This document shows, piece after piece, positions 50,161 through 59,688 of a DNA stretch of 64,000 nt. The stretch comes from an uncultured Bacteroidales bacterium (lineage in GTDB: Bacteria > Bacteroidota > Bacteroidia > Bacteroidales > UBA1402). Under the pieces are notes generated by a model, which saw only the letters and a list, made by a program, of their open reading frames with translations, searched no databases and was not told the origin of the DNA. The stretch is taken from assembly GCA_964488495.1 (NCBI GenBank), contig CAZAUQ010000004.1:5316-69315 (forward strand), in the 5' to 3' direction. Each line of letters starts with the position of its first letter. Position 1 is the stretch's first letter. The position numbers were made by a program, and so were the translations under genes.

Positions 50161-51663
50161 ATGAAAGATTCAAGGATCTCGATGAACCCCAACGATCTGG
50201 TTCAATTTTTGAATAAGCCCTCAGAAGACTTTACCCGCAAGGATATTTTGCGTTTTTGCGAAGAACGGCAGATTAAAATGCTCAATTTTCGTTATGTGGC
50301 CGAAGATGGCCGCTTGAAAACCCTGAATTTTGTGATCAATTCCAGAGAGTATCTGGAAACGATTCTGACCCGGGGTGAACGGGTAGACGGCAGCAGTTTA
50401 TTTTCTTTTATAGAATCGGGCAGCAGCGATCTCTATGTCATTCCGCGTTATCGTACCGCTTTTGTGAATCCTTTTGCTTCGGTTCCCACTCTGGATGTTT
50501 TCTGTTCTTTTTACAACAACCAGGGCCAGGCTCTCGAAAGCGATCCTTATACTGTTTTGCATAAGGCCAATCAGTTGTTTACCAATGAAACCGGCGCTCG
50601 TTTCATGGCCTTGGGTGAATTGGAGTATTACGTGATTGCTCCGGCGGGAGGCTTGTATCCTGGTGTGGATCAAAAAGGTTATCACGCCAGCGAACCTTTT
50701 GCCAAATACGAGTTTATTCGCAACGAGGCTTTGCAAATGATAGCCAGAGCGGGCGGCAATATCAAATACGGACATTCCGAGGTAGGCTGTTTTACTCAGG
50801 GAGAAACCTATTACGAGCAGCACGAAATTGAGTTTTTGCCCTGTACGGTCGAACAAGCAGCCGAACAATTGGTGCTGGCCAAATGGATATTACGCATGCT
50901 GGGCAATAAATACGGCGTCAGCATCAGCTATGCTCCCAAAATTACAGAAGGCAAAGCCGGCAGCGGATTGCATTTTCACATGATGCTCGAAAAAGACGGA
51001 AAAAACCTTGTCTCCGATCGGGGGAAACTGAGTGATGTAGCCCGCAAGATGATAGCCGGCATATTAGATTCGAGCGATGCCATAACGGCATTTGGCAACA
51101 CCATACCTACTTCTTATTTCAGATTGGTGCCCCATCAGGAAGCGCCTACCCGTATTTGCTGGGGCGACCGCAACCGTTCGGTCGTAGTGCGTGTGCCTCT
51201 CGGCTGGTCGGGAGCCGAAAAGATGATCTTTGATGCCAATCCCTTAGAATCGGATCCTTTACCTGCCTCGGAATCAAAACAAACTTTTGAGTATCGTGTG
51301 GCCGATGGTTCAGCCGATATTTTCCTGACCCTGGCAGCTCTGATTGTTGCTTCCCTGCATGGAATCAGGAGGCCGGATGCTCTGGAACGGGCCGAACAAC
51401 TATATGTAGACGTCAATATATTCAAACCCGAACACAGAGAAAAGATGCAGTCTTTAAAGCAACTGCCTCTTTGTTGTGCCGATTCGGCCGAAGCTTTGAA
51501 GCAAAAACGAGCTCTTTTCGAAGAAAACAATATTTTCCCCTCCGGCCTCATAGACAGCCAGATAAAAAGACTACAGGCACACAACGATAAAGGCCTGTCC
51601 GAGAGATTGTTCGGCAAGCAGGATATCCTCAAACTGGTGGAGCATTTTTTGCACATAGGCTGA
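50161..51663 (+). CDS. glutamine synthetase family protein (about 500 aa type)
   Basis: GS catalytic blocks are present: GELEYY, KYGHSEVG...QHEIEF, KAGSGLHFHM, SYFRLVP, RNRSVVVRVP and FEYRVADGS. Confidence 0.85.
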   Translation: MKDSRISMNPNDLVQFLNKPSEDFTRKDILRFCEERQIKMLNFRYVAEDGRLKTLNFVINSREYLETILTRGERVDGSSLFSFIESGSSDLYVIPRYRTAFVNPFASVPTLDVFCSFYNNQGQALESDPYTVLHKANQLFTNETGARFMALGELEYYVIAPAGGLYPGVDQKGYHASEPFAKYEFIRNEALQMIARAGGNIKYGHSEVGCFTQGETYYEQHEIEFLPCTVEQAAEQLVLAKWILRMLGNKYGVSISYAPKITEGKAGSGLHFHMMLEKDGKNLVSDRGKLSDVARKMIAGILDSSDAITAFGNTIPTSYFRLVPHQEAPTRICWGDRNRSVVVRVPLGWSGAEKMIFDANPLESDPLPASESKQTFEYRVADGSADIFLTLAALIVASLHGIRRPDALERAEQLYVDVNIFKPEHREKMQSLKQLPLCCADSAEALKQKRALFEENNIFPSGLIDSQIKRLQAHNDKGLSERLFGKQDILKLVEHFLHIG

Positions 51664-51689
51664 TCTGCTCCCGATTCTAGTGTTTAAGT

Positions 51690-51733
51690 GTTCTCAGGAG
51701 TATTGTGCCCGGAGAAGTATAATCCTGAGAACT
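51690..51733. terminator. 10-bp inverted repeat between convergent genes (possible bidirectional terminator)
   Basis: GTTCTCAGGA (51690-51699) and TCCTGAGAAC (51724-51733) are separated by 24 nt. The loop is large and there is no clear T-tract. Confidence 0.3.
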
Positions 51734-51763
51734 CGATCTCCGCGGTTGTTTTGTCGATACAGT

Positions 51764-54238
51764 CTAGAGGAACAAATTCAGTCCGGCCGATTCGGTTTTT
51801 TCCAGGTAAGTGGCTACGCCGCCAATTTGTACTCCGTCGATGAATTCCTCGGCTTTAACTCCCATTACATCCATGGACATCTGGCAGGCGATAAACTGAG
51901 CTCCGTTGTTCAGGGCGGTCTGGATCATATCTTCCAGCGCATCGATTTGTTTGTTGCGCATGATCATTCGCATCATTTTCCCGCCAATGCCTGCCATGTT
52001 TAGTTTGGAAAGCCCCAGCTTCCGGCTGGAACCGGGCAGCATCATACCAAACATTTTACCGAAGAAGTCTTTTTGAACCTTGGGTTTGTGCTGACGTTTA
52101 ATAACGTTCAGTCCCCAGAAGGTGAAAAAGATGGTGACTTTTTTGCCCGAAGCCAACGCACCGTTGGCAATTACAAAAGTGGCCAGCGCTTTGTCCAGGT
52201 CGTCGCTGAAGCAAATCAGGGTGGCGTCTTTGCCGCCGGCTTGCGAAATCTGCTGTACAGGCTGAGTCTTTTTGCGAATCACTGCCGATATTTCTGCTCC
52301 GCTTTGTTGAAGATCGAGCAATTCATTTCCGGTAATGTTGGCCCAGGCTTGTACATCTTTGTAAAAACCAGGGTCGGAAGCCGTAATTTTAAAAGCTTCT
52401 CCCTCGCTGAGTTCATCCATGGAAGACTTTAGTTTGAGTACAGGGCCGGGGCATTTCAATCCGCAGGCATCAATAAGCTTGAGATTACCGAAGTTGGCAG
52501 TAGCAGCCACAGTTTCATTTTTTTTGCCTTGATAAATCAGGTCGTCGTGACCGATGTAATCTCCTTCGAAGATGTCTTCGTTGCTTTGTTTTTGGCTGGC
52601 TGTTTCATAGGTTTTAAGCCCTCCTGAAAGGTTGTAGACTTCCTTATAACCATTCTGCATAAGAATGCGGCAGGCAACGTGAGCTCTTAAGCCAACACCG
52701 CAGAATACCACCAGTTTTTTATCTTTAGGGATTTCATCCAGATGCTTCCTGAATTCGTCCAGTGGAATATTGACAGCGCCTTCGATGCTGCCCAGTTCAA
52801 ATTCATCGGCCGTGCGTACGTCAATCAACAGGCTGCCGTTTTCCCTGCAAGATGCAATATCTCTCCAATAGATGGTTTTGGTAATGCCTTCCAGGATGTT
52901 TTCGGCCACCATACCGGCGATATTTACCGGATCCTTGGCCGAAGAGAAAGGAGGAGCGTAAGCGTGTTCAACAAAAGCCAGATCATGTACCGTTACGCCT
53001 TGTCTGAGAGCAGCCGAAAGCAAATCAATTCTTTTATCCACTCCGTCGTAACCCACTATTTGTGCTCCCAGCAATTTGCCGTCTCCGGGAGCGAAAGAAA
53101 TCTTGACAGACATGGGCAGGGCTCCCGGATAATAACCCGCGTGCGAAGAAGCATGTATGGTTGAATCGTAATGGGGAATATTCATTTTGGCCAGCATTTT
53201 GCCCGAAACCCCGGTAGAGGCTACCGTCAGATCGAATACTTTGGCTATGGCCGTATTGACGGAACCGGTATATTCTTTTTTGTTGCCCATGACCAAATTA
53301 TCGGCCAATATGCGGGCTTGTTTGTTGGCCGGCCCGGCCAGGTAGGTAATCATGTTGGTATGAGTGACCGGATTCTCAAATTCAATGACATCGCCCAGGG
53401 AATAAATATCGGGATCGGAGGTTTGTAAATACTTGTTTACTACGACACCTCCGGTTTGGCCTATTTCCAGGTTGCAGGCTTTGGCTAGTTTATTGTCGGG
53501 CCTTACGCCTATGGAAAGTACCACCATGTCGGTTTCAATCTGCTTTGTTGTATCGAGTGTGGCCAGAATTTTTTCTCCTTTTTTGGAAAAGGATACAACA
53601 GCGGTTTTCAGATAGAATGCTACATTTTTTATTTTAAGGTGCTGATGGACAAGGGCGGCCATGGAATAATCCAAAGGAGTCATCACTTGATCGGCCATTT
53701 CTACTATGGTCACCTTCAGTCCGGCGTGATGTAAGTTCTCTGCCATTTCTAAACCAATAAAGCCAGCCCCGACTACCAGAGCATGGCGGGGCTGTTTTTG
53801 CTCAATGTAGCTTTTAATTTTATCGGTATCCGGTACGTTGCGCAGGGTAAAAATACCTTCCTGGTTAATTCCGGGGAGCATAGGTTTTATGGGTTCGGCC
53901 CCCGGAGAAAGAATTAGTTTGTCGTAGCATTCGGTATATTCGCTTCCTTTTTTAAGGTCTTTCACCAGAACTTCTTTTTTGTTTCTGTCGATGGAAAGCA
54001 CTTCAGATAAATTTCTGACTTCCACATTGAAACGCTGTCCAAAGGATGCCGGTGTTTGCACAAATAATTGATTTCTGTCCTTAATGACACCTCCAATGTA
54101 ATAGGGCAGGCCGCAATTGGCGTACGAAATATGCACCCCCCGCTCAAAAATGATTATTTCGCTTTTTTCGTCCAGACGTCTAAGTCTTGCTGCTGTGGTG
54201 GCACCGCCTGCCACTCCGCCGATTATCAGGTATTTCAT
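51764..54238 (-). CDS. CoA-disulfide reductase-like flavoprotein fused to rhodanese, TusA-like and DsrE-like domains (putative CoA-persulfide/polysulfide reductase)
   Basis: 824 aa:
- FAD motif IIGGVAGG
- CoADR active-site Cys42 in SYANCGLPYY (nt 54113-54115)
- rhodanese loop CGVGLRA with Cys513 (nt 52700-52702)
- TusA CPxP motif CGLKCPGP with Cys596
- C-terminal DsrE/DrsE-like segment with Cys785 (FIACQMSMD). Confidence 0.85.
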   Translation of the reverse strand: MKYLIIGGVAGGATTAARLRRLDEKSEIIIFERGVHISYANCGLPYYIGGVIKDRNQLFVQTPASFGQRFNVEVRNLSEVLSIDRNKKEVLVKDLKKGSEYTECYDKLILSPGAEPIKPMLPGINQEGIFTLRNVPDTDKIKSYIEQKQPRHALVVGAGFIGLEMAENLHHAGLKVTIVEMADQVMTPLDYSMAALVHQHLKIKNVAFYLKTAVVSFSKKGEKILATLDTTKQIETDMVVLSIGVRPDNKLAKACNLEIGQTGGVVVNKYLQTSDPDIYSLGDVIEFENPVTHTNMITYLAGPANKQARILADNLVMGNKKEYTGSVNTAIAKVFDLTVASTGVSGKMLAKMNIPHYDSTIHASSHAGYYPGALPMSVKISFAPGDGKLLGAQIVGYDGVDKRIDLLSAALRQGVTVHDLAFVEHAYAPPFSSAKDPVNIAGMVAENILEGITKTIYWRDIASCRENGSLLIDVRTADEFELGSIEGAVNIPLDEFRKHLDEIPKDKKLVVFCGVGLRAHVACRILMQNGYKEVYNLSGGLKTYETASQKQSNEDIFEGDYIGHDDLIYQGKKNETVAATANFGNLKLIDACGLKCPGPVLKLKSSMDELSEGEAFKITASDPGFYKDVQAWANITGNELLDLQQSGAEISAVIRKKTQPVQQISQAGGKDATLICFSDDLDKALATFVIANGALASGKKVTIFFTFWGLNVIKRQHKPKVQKDFFGKMFGMMLPGSSRKLGLSKLNMAGIGGKMMRMIMRNKQIDALEDMIQTALNNGAQFIACQMSMDVMGVKAEEFIDGVQIGGVATYLEKTESAGLNLFL

Positions 54239-54286
54239 ATTTTAATTTGCTAAAAGTGTATATTGATAGAATATTTTTTCAAAACA

Positions 54287-54294
54287 CAAATATA
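54287..54294 (-). promoter_or_regulatory. candidate -7 promoter box (TATATTTG on the minus strand) for the CoADR fusion gene
   Basis: Plus-strand CAAATATA, 49 nt upstream of the ATG at 54238. Confidence 0.3.
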
Positions 54295-54404
54295 AAAGAA
54301 TTCTTTAATTCGGATTCCATCTTTCATTAATTCTTTTAAACAAAGATAAATAGTAAGTTTTGCAGATAATTATGAACAGCTAAATCTTGCTGCCGTATTT
54401 TAGT

Positions 54405-54412
54405 TAATTTTG
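54405..54412 (+). promoter_or_regulatory. candidate -7 promoter box (TAATTTTG) for the membrane permease gene
   Basis: TAnnTTTG match 24 nt upstream of the ATG at 54437. Confidence 0.35.
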
Positions 54413-54436
54413 TCGGTTATTTTACAAACAATAAAG

Positions 54437-55465
54437 ATGAAGGAACTCTTGGTTGAAACGCTCATGCATGCGCTTACGATAACGGGCTTTGTCATGCTGA
54501 TGATGGTGGTGGTTGAATACATTAATGTACAAAACAAAAACCGCTGGGCCGAAAAATTGCGGCATTCTCCTCTGATGCAAATTTTAATGGCAACCATCCT
54601 GGGGATTATACCCGGCTGTATGGGAAGTTTTGTGGTAGTGTCTTTGTACACACACAGGATGATAGGCCTGGCTGCCGTTGTGGCGGCCATGATTGCTACA
54701 AGCGGAGACGAAGCTTTTGTGATGTTCGCTCTTTTCCCGGGCAAGGCCTTGTTGTTGCATGGGATAATTTTTATTATTGCCCTCCTGGTAGGTTGGATAA
54801 TTTATTTATTCAGCAAAAAAGAAAAAGAACCGGCGGAACCTCAGCATGGCTTTGTGATTCATCAAAAAAATTATTGCAAATGTTTTGATAAGAGTATTAT
54901 ACTTCCTCAACTCAGGAGAATTACCTTTGAACGCAGTCTTTTGCTTTTCGCTACCACCGTATTCTCGCTGCTTATTATTTTAGGTGTAATTGGCCACGAA
55001 GGCTGGGGTTGGGAAAAAGTCACCTTGCTGGCCGGCAGCTTTTTTCTTTTGTTTGTGTTTTTAACTGTTCCGGAACATTTTCTTAAAGAGCATTTGTACA
55101 ACCACATCATCAAAAAGCATTTTTTACGCATATTGCTCTGGTCCTGGGGAGCTTTTATCGTTCTTCACTTTGTACAAACGGAGCAACTATTGAGTACTTT
55201 AGTTGAAAACAATCCTTACTGGATTTTACTGGCAGCCGTATTGATAGGTATCATTCCCGAATCGGGCCCGCATTTGGTCTTTGTGACTTTGTTTTCTCAG
55301 CAACTGATTCCTTTTAGTATTCTTCTGGCCAGTTCCATAGTACAGGATGGTCACGGCATGCTGCCGATGTTGGCCGAAAGCCGCAAAGACTTTTTCCTGA
55401 TCAAGGGCATTAATGTGCTGGTAGGTCTGGCGGTCGGCCTGGTATTGCTCTTTTTTGGGCTTTGA
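54437..55465 (+). CDS. multi-pass membrane protein, ArsP_2-like (putative 10-TM metal/metalloid permease)
   Basis: About 10 hydrophobic helices. The IIPGCMGSF and TSGDEAF motifs resemble those I associate with the putative 10TM heavy-metal exporter / putative manganese transporter family. Trimmed to the ATG at 54437. Confidence 0.55.
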   Translation: MKELLVETLMHALTITGFVMLMMVVVEYINVQNKNRWAEKLRHSPLMQILMATILGIIPGCMGSFVVVSLYTHRMIGLAAVVAAMIATSGDEAFVMFALFPGKALLLHGIIFIIALLVGWIIYLFSKKEKEPAEPQHGFVIHQKNYCKCFDKSIILPQLRRITFERSLLLFATTVFSLLIILGVIGHEGWGWEKVTLLAGSFFLLFVFLTVPEHFLKEHLYNHIIKKHFLRILLWSWGAFIVLHFVQTEQLLSTLVENNPYWILLAAVLIGIIPESGPHLVFVTLFSQQLIPFSILLASSIVQDGHGMLPMLAESRKDFFLIKGINVLVGLAVGLVLLFFGL

Positions 55466-55478
55466 GGAACTCTGGCCT

Positions 55479-56423
55479 CTATCCGGATTTTTTGGCAGAT
55501 TTTATGAATAAGTGCCTTAGAGCTTCGTTGTTCATCCAAAGCAAGGAGGCTCCGATTACTACAACACCGCTTATTGAATAAACATCGGGCGACTCTTCGG
55601 GCAGTATCAGCCAAGTGAGTATGGCCCCAAACACCGGAATGATGAATTTCCAGCTGTTGAGGTAGGATATTTTTACTCCAGGGCGTTTCAGCAGGGTAAA
55701 CCACAAGGCAAATGCCGCTGCCGACAGAAAACTCAACCAAGCCAGTGACAGCCAAAATTCGGCCGGAAAATTCAGACTTGTCGGCATGGTTTCAAAGGGA
55801 ATGGAAATCAGGATCAACAAGATTCCTCCAATCAACAGCGAAGAAGAGCTGAGTACCAGCATAGAAAGTTCTCGTTTGCTTTTTTTGACGATAACGTTGT
55901 AGAGTCCGCTTACCAGATTGTTCCCAATCAGGAGCAATACGCCGATTAATTCCAGGCTGCCGGCGTTGTCTTTGGTTTGCCTTCCCAGATTGATGATTAC
56001 TATACCTATAATTCCCAGCATAATACTGCCAGCGCTGCGCCATGTTATTTTGTCGTCCTTAATAAACAAATGGGCAACAATGGCGGCAAACAAGGGGCCG
56101 GAGCCATTAATCATGGCTCCCATGGATGCGGGAACCATATTCATGCCGGTGTAAAATAGACCGTACATGAGCACTGTTTGCAAAAGGGCAATCAGCAGCA
56201 CATACCAGAAATGGGTTTTAACAGATTGAAAATAAGCCCTGAACTTGCCATAATACAGAAGAATCAGTATACCGGCAATAAAAAATCGAATGCCTGCAAA
56301 CAAGAAAGGGCTCATGTAGCTCAGCCCGATTTTTACTCCGGTAAATGCGGTTGACCAAAGCAAACAGGCCACGATAGCCATAAAGGCCGAACCTTGGACA
56401 AAACTTTTGGTTTGTTGATTCAT
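55479..56423 (-). CDS. DMT superfamily transporter (two EamA domains)
   Basis: 314 aa with 10 predicted helices in a 5+5 arrangement, typical of EamA/RhaT-type carriers. Confidence 0.85.
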   Translation of the reverse strand: MNQQTKSFVQGSAFMAIVACLLWSTAFTGVKIGLSYMSPFLFAGIRFFIAGILILLYYGKFRAYFQSVKTHFWYVLLIALLQTVLMYGLFYTGMNMVPASMGAMINGSGPLFAAIVAHLFIKDDKITWRSAGSIMLGIIGIVIINLGRQTKDNAGSLELIGVLLLIGNNLVSGLYNVIVKKSKRELSMLVLSSSSLLIGGILLILISIPFETMPTSLNFPAEFWLSLAWLSFLSAAAFALWFTLLKRPGVKISYLNSWKFIIPVFGAILTWLILPEESPDVYSISGVVVIGASLLWMNNEALRHLFIKSAKKSG

Positions 56424-56429
56424 TTAGAA

Positions 56430-57419
56430 TTAAAAAGGCCGGATGCCCATAATGTGGCGTACTTCGCGCAGGGTGGCGGAAGCGCTGGCACGTGCTTTCT
56501 CAGCACCGTTAGCAGCCACTTTGCGCAGGTAATCTTCGTTGTTATATATTTCCAGGTAGCGTTCACGGATAGGAGTGGTGAGTGCGATGATATCCGCGGC
56601 CAATTGTTTTTTGAGGTCTCCGTAGCGAATGCTGCAGTTATTCCATTGTTCTTCAAAATAGTCCACCGTGTCCTTGCCCGAAACATTGCGCAGTATAACA
56701 AAGAGGTTTTCGATGGCTTCAGGTTTGGGAGAATTTGGTGCCTCGGGCCCCACATCGGTAAGTGCTTTCATCACCTTCTTTTGAATAAGCTTAGGATCTT
56801 CGCACAAAAAGATGCAATTGCCTTCGGATTTGCCCATTTTGCCGCTGCCGTCCAGACCTGGAATTTTAATTAGTTCCTGGTCGAAATTGTAGGGTTTGGG
56901 TTCAGTAAAAAAATTCACCTCGTACAAATTGTTGAAACGCCGGGCAAAACGCCGGGTGAGTTCCAGGTGTTGTTCCTGGTCTTTGCCCACGGGCACCTTG
57001 TCAGCGTTGTGCTGCAAGATGTCTGCAGCCATCAGAGTTGGATAGGTGAGCAGGCCGGCATTCACGTTTTCGGGTTGTTTCCGGGCTTTTTCTTTGAAAG
57101 AGGTGGTTTTGGCCAGCTCGCCCATGTAGGCGTGCATATTGAGCAAGAGATAAAGCTCCAGGGTTTCGGGAACATCGCTTTGCACGTAAATAGTGGCTAC
57201 ATCGGGATCGATTCCTACAGCCAGATACTCACAAAGGATATCTTTCACATTTGCGTGCAGGAATTTAGGATCCGGGTGTGTGGTAAGAGAATGGTAATCT
57301 GCGATAAAAAAGAAGCAACGATTTTCGTGTTGCATCCGGACAAAATTGCGCAGAGCGCCAAAATAGTTACCCAGATGCAGATGCCCTGTGGAGCGTATTC
57401 CGCTTAAAACTGTATCCAT
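56430..57419 (-). CDS. trpS: tryptophan--tRNA ligase
   Basis: HIGH-type TGHLHLGNYFGA and KMSKS-type KMGKSEGN. Trimmed from the track TTG to the ATG at 57419. Confidence 0.95.
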   Translation of the reverse strand: MDTVLSGIRSTGHLHLGNYFGALRNFVRMQHENRCFFFIADYHSLTTHPDPKFLHANVKDILCEYLAVGIDPDVATIYVQSDVPETLELYLLLNMHAYMGELAKTTSFKEKARKQPENVNAGLLTYPTLMAADILQHNADKVPVGKDQEQHLELTRRFARRFNNLYEVNFFTEPKPYNFDQELIKIPGLDGSGKMGKSEGNCIFLCEDPKLIQKKVMKALTDVGPEAPNSPKPEAIENLFVILRNVSGKDTVDYFEEQWNNCSIRYGDLKKQLAADIIALTTPIRERYLEIYNNEDYLRKVAANGAEKARASASATLREVRHIMGIRPF

Positions 57420-57478
57420 TTCTATTAAATTGAGCTGCAAAGGTACGTTTTTCGGTGGAATTTATAAAGCAGCCTATT

Positions 57479-58438
57479 TCATTTATTTAAACCTTCGAGG
57501 ATGCGTTTTAGTACAGTCTGGGCCGAAAATTCCCTGTTGGCGGCTTCGGGGATAACAATCGAGCGAGGTCCTTCGATTACCTCGTCGCTCACAATCATGT
57601 TTCGTCTTACAGGCAGGCAATGCATAAAACGGGCATCGTTGGTCAGGGCCATCTTTTTACTGTCGATGGTCCAGGAACGATCCTGGCTAAGAATCTTACC
57701 GTAATTCGGATCGGCAAAAGCCGCCCAGTTTTTGGCGTACACAAAGTCTGCACCCTCCAGGGCTTTGTCTTGATCGTATTCGATCCTGGCTTTGCCGGAA
57801 AATTCAGGAGCCAGCTCATAGCCCCGGGGATGGGTAATGACGAAGTCATAATCGCATAGGTTCATAGTTTCTGCAAAGCTGTTGGGAACTGCCTGAGGCA
57901 GGGCTTTGGGATGAGGAGCCCATGTAAGTACCACTTTGGGGCGTGCTGTTTCCTTGAATTCTTCGATAGTAATAAGGTCGGCAAAACTTTGCAGTGGATG
58001 GCGGGTAGCAGCCTCCATGCTGAAAACCGGCTTGCCGGAATAGTGCATAAACTGGCTTAGTATTTTTTCGGAATAATCGTCGGCTTTGCTTTCGAAGCGG
58101 GCAAAGGAACGCACACCGATCACATCGCAGTAGGAACCCATCACCGGGATGGCTTCGAGCAGGTGTTCCGATTTATCTCCGTCCATTATGACGCCACGTT
58201 CGGTTTCGAGCTTCCAGGCTCCCTGGTTTACATCGAGTACCATAACATTCATTCCCAGATTCATGGCTGCCTTTTGAGTACTCAGGCGCGTTCTCAGGCT
58301 GGAGTTGAAAAACAACATCAATAAGGTCTTGTTTTTGCCCAGGTTTTGCCAGGCGAAAGGATTGGCTTTGATCTGCAGGGCTTCGCTGACTGCGGCTTTG
58401 AGGTCGCCCAGGTCGCTGATGCTGGTAAAATGTCTCAT
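57479..58438 (-). CDS. argF': N-succinyl/N-acetyl-L-ornithine carbamoyltransferase (ArgF' type)
   Basis: FFNSSLRTRLS carbamoyl-phosphate motif, HPLQSFADL and FMHCLPVRRN. The overall sequence is very like the Bacteroides ArgF' as I recall it. Substrate specificity is not decidable by eye. Confidence 0.9.
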   Translation of the reverse strand: MRHFTSISDLGDLKAAVSEALQIKANPFAWQNLGKNKTLLMLFFNSSLRTRLSTQKAAMNLGMNVMVLDVNQGAWKLETERGVIMDGDKSEHLLEAIPVMGSYCDVIGVRSFARFESKADDYSEKILSQFMHYSGKPVFSMEAATRHPLQSFADLITIEEFKETARPKVVLTWAPHPKALPQAVPNSFAETMNLCDYDFVITHPRGYELAPEFSGKARIEYDQDKALEGADFVYAKNWAAFADPNYGKILSQDRSWTIDSKKMALTNDARFMHCLPVRRNMIVSDEVIEGPRSIVIPEAANREFSAQTVLKRILEGLNK

Positions 58439-59688
58439 TATTTTGAACGAATTTGTCCGTTGCCGGTAATTAAATATTTGTAAGTAGTAATTTCTTTTAA
58501 GGCCATCGGGCCTCTGGCATGCAGCTTTTGCGTGCTGATGCCAATTTCGGCTCCCAGGCCGAATTGAGCACCGTCGGTAAAGGCGGTCGATACATTTACA
58601 TAAACGCAGGCCGCATCTACCCGTTTACAAAAGAGTCTGGACTGTTCTGGGTCTTCGCAGACGATAGCTTCGCTGTGTCCCGATGAATAGCGGGCTATGT
58701 GTTCGATGGCTTCCTGAGTGGAACCAACCGTTTTGATGGCCATCTTATAGTCCAGAAACTCCGTGCCGTAATGCTCTTCGCCGGCCGGTAATAACAAATG
58801 ATCGGGGTAATGGCCTTTGAGAGCTGCCAGCGCTTCGGAGTCGGCGTAGATGATGACCTGTTCATCCTGCAGTTTGCGGCAAACGACAGGCAAATCCTGC
58901 AACCGGGAGCGGTGCAGCAACATGCAGTCCAGAGCATTGCAAACACTCACCCGGCGGGTTTTGGCATTATGAACAATGCTTGCTGCTTTCAGGATGTCGG
59001 CAGAGCTGTCCACATACGTATGACAAATGCCCGCACCGGTTTCTATGACCGGTACCAGCGAATGGCTGCGTACATGGTTGATCAGCGACTGGCTGCCTCT
59101 GGGAATAATCAGGTCGACATAGTTTGTTGACTTCATGAGCTCGTCGGTGGCCTGTCGATCGGGAGGTAAAAGTAAAACCGCCTCGCGGGGGAAACCGTGT
59201 TTGAGCAGTTGTTGTTGTATCAATCCAACGATGGCTGTATTTGAATATTCCGCATCCGAACCGCCTTTGAGTATGCAGGCGTTCCCGGTTTTTATGCAGA
59301 GTGAAAACACATCAAAACTGACGTTGGGTCTGGCTTCGTAAATGATACCGATCACACCGAAAGGCACTCTGACTTTTTTTATAAACATCCCGTTGGGACG
59401 TTGTTCATTGCTTAAAATTTCACCCAGCGGCGAAGGCAGGCCGGCCACCTGGCGCATATCGGAGGCTATGCCCCGAATACGTTCATCGCTGAGTTTGAGC
59501 CGATCGTATTTGGGATCTGTGCGATCCATCCGGTCCAGATCTTTTTGATTCTCGCCCAGGATGTAAGGAATCTGCGCTTCGGTTTCGGCAGCCAGATCTG
59601 TCAGTAATTGCTGAACGGCCTTGTCGTTGAAATCACTCAATAACATGGAGGCTTGCTTTACCTCTTTGAATTTATTTTCGAGACTCAT
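58438..59688 (-). CDS. proA: glutamate-5-semialdehyde dehydrogenase
   Basis: 416 aa with [13 protein letters not shown] and [11 protein letters not shown] (catalytic Cys). Trimmed to the ATG at 59688, which shares 1 nt with the proB stop (TAATG). Confidence 0.95.
   Translation of the reverse strand: MSLENKFKEVKQASMLLSDFNDKAVQQLLTDLAAETEAQIPYILGENQKDLDRMDRTDPKYDRLKLSDERIRGIASDMRQVAGLPSPLGEILSNEQRPNGMFIKKVRVPFGVIGIIYEARPNVSFDVFSLCIKTGNACILKGGSDAEYSNTAIVGLIQQQLLKHGFPREAVLLLPPDRQATDELMKSTNYVDLIIPRGSQSLINHVRSHSLVPVIETGAGICHTYVDSSADILKAASIVHNAKTRRVSVCNALDCMLLHRSRLQDLPVVCRKLQDEQVIIYADSEALAALKGHYPDHLLLPAGEEHYGTEFLDYKMAIKTVGSTQEAIEHIARYSSGHSEAIVCEDPEQSRLFCKRVDAACVYVNVSTAFTDGAQFGLGAEIGISTQKLHARGPMALKEITTYKYLITGNGQIRSK

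Noticed and set aside
57420-57478. T-box or attenuator leaders upstream of trpS and gltX.
   Set aside because: The upstream regions are too short (59 nt for trpS; about 20 nt from the -7 box to the ATG for gltX) to hold a T-box. No specifier/antiterminator-like structure is evident.
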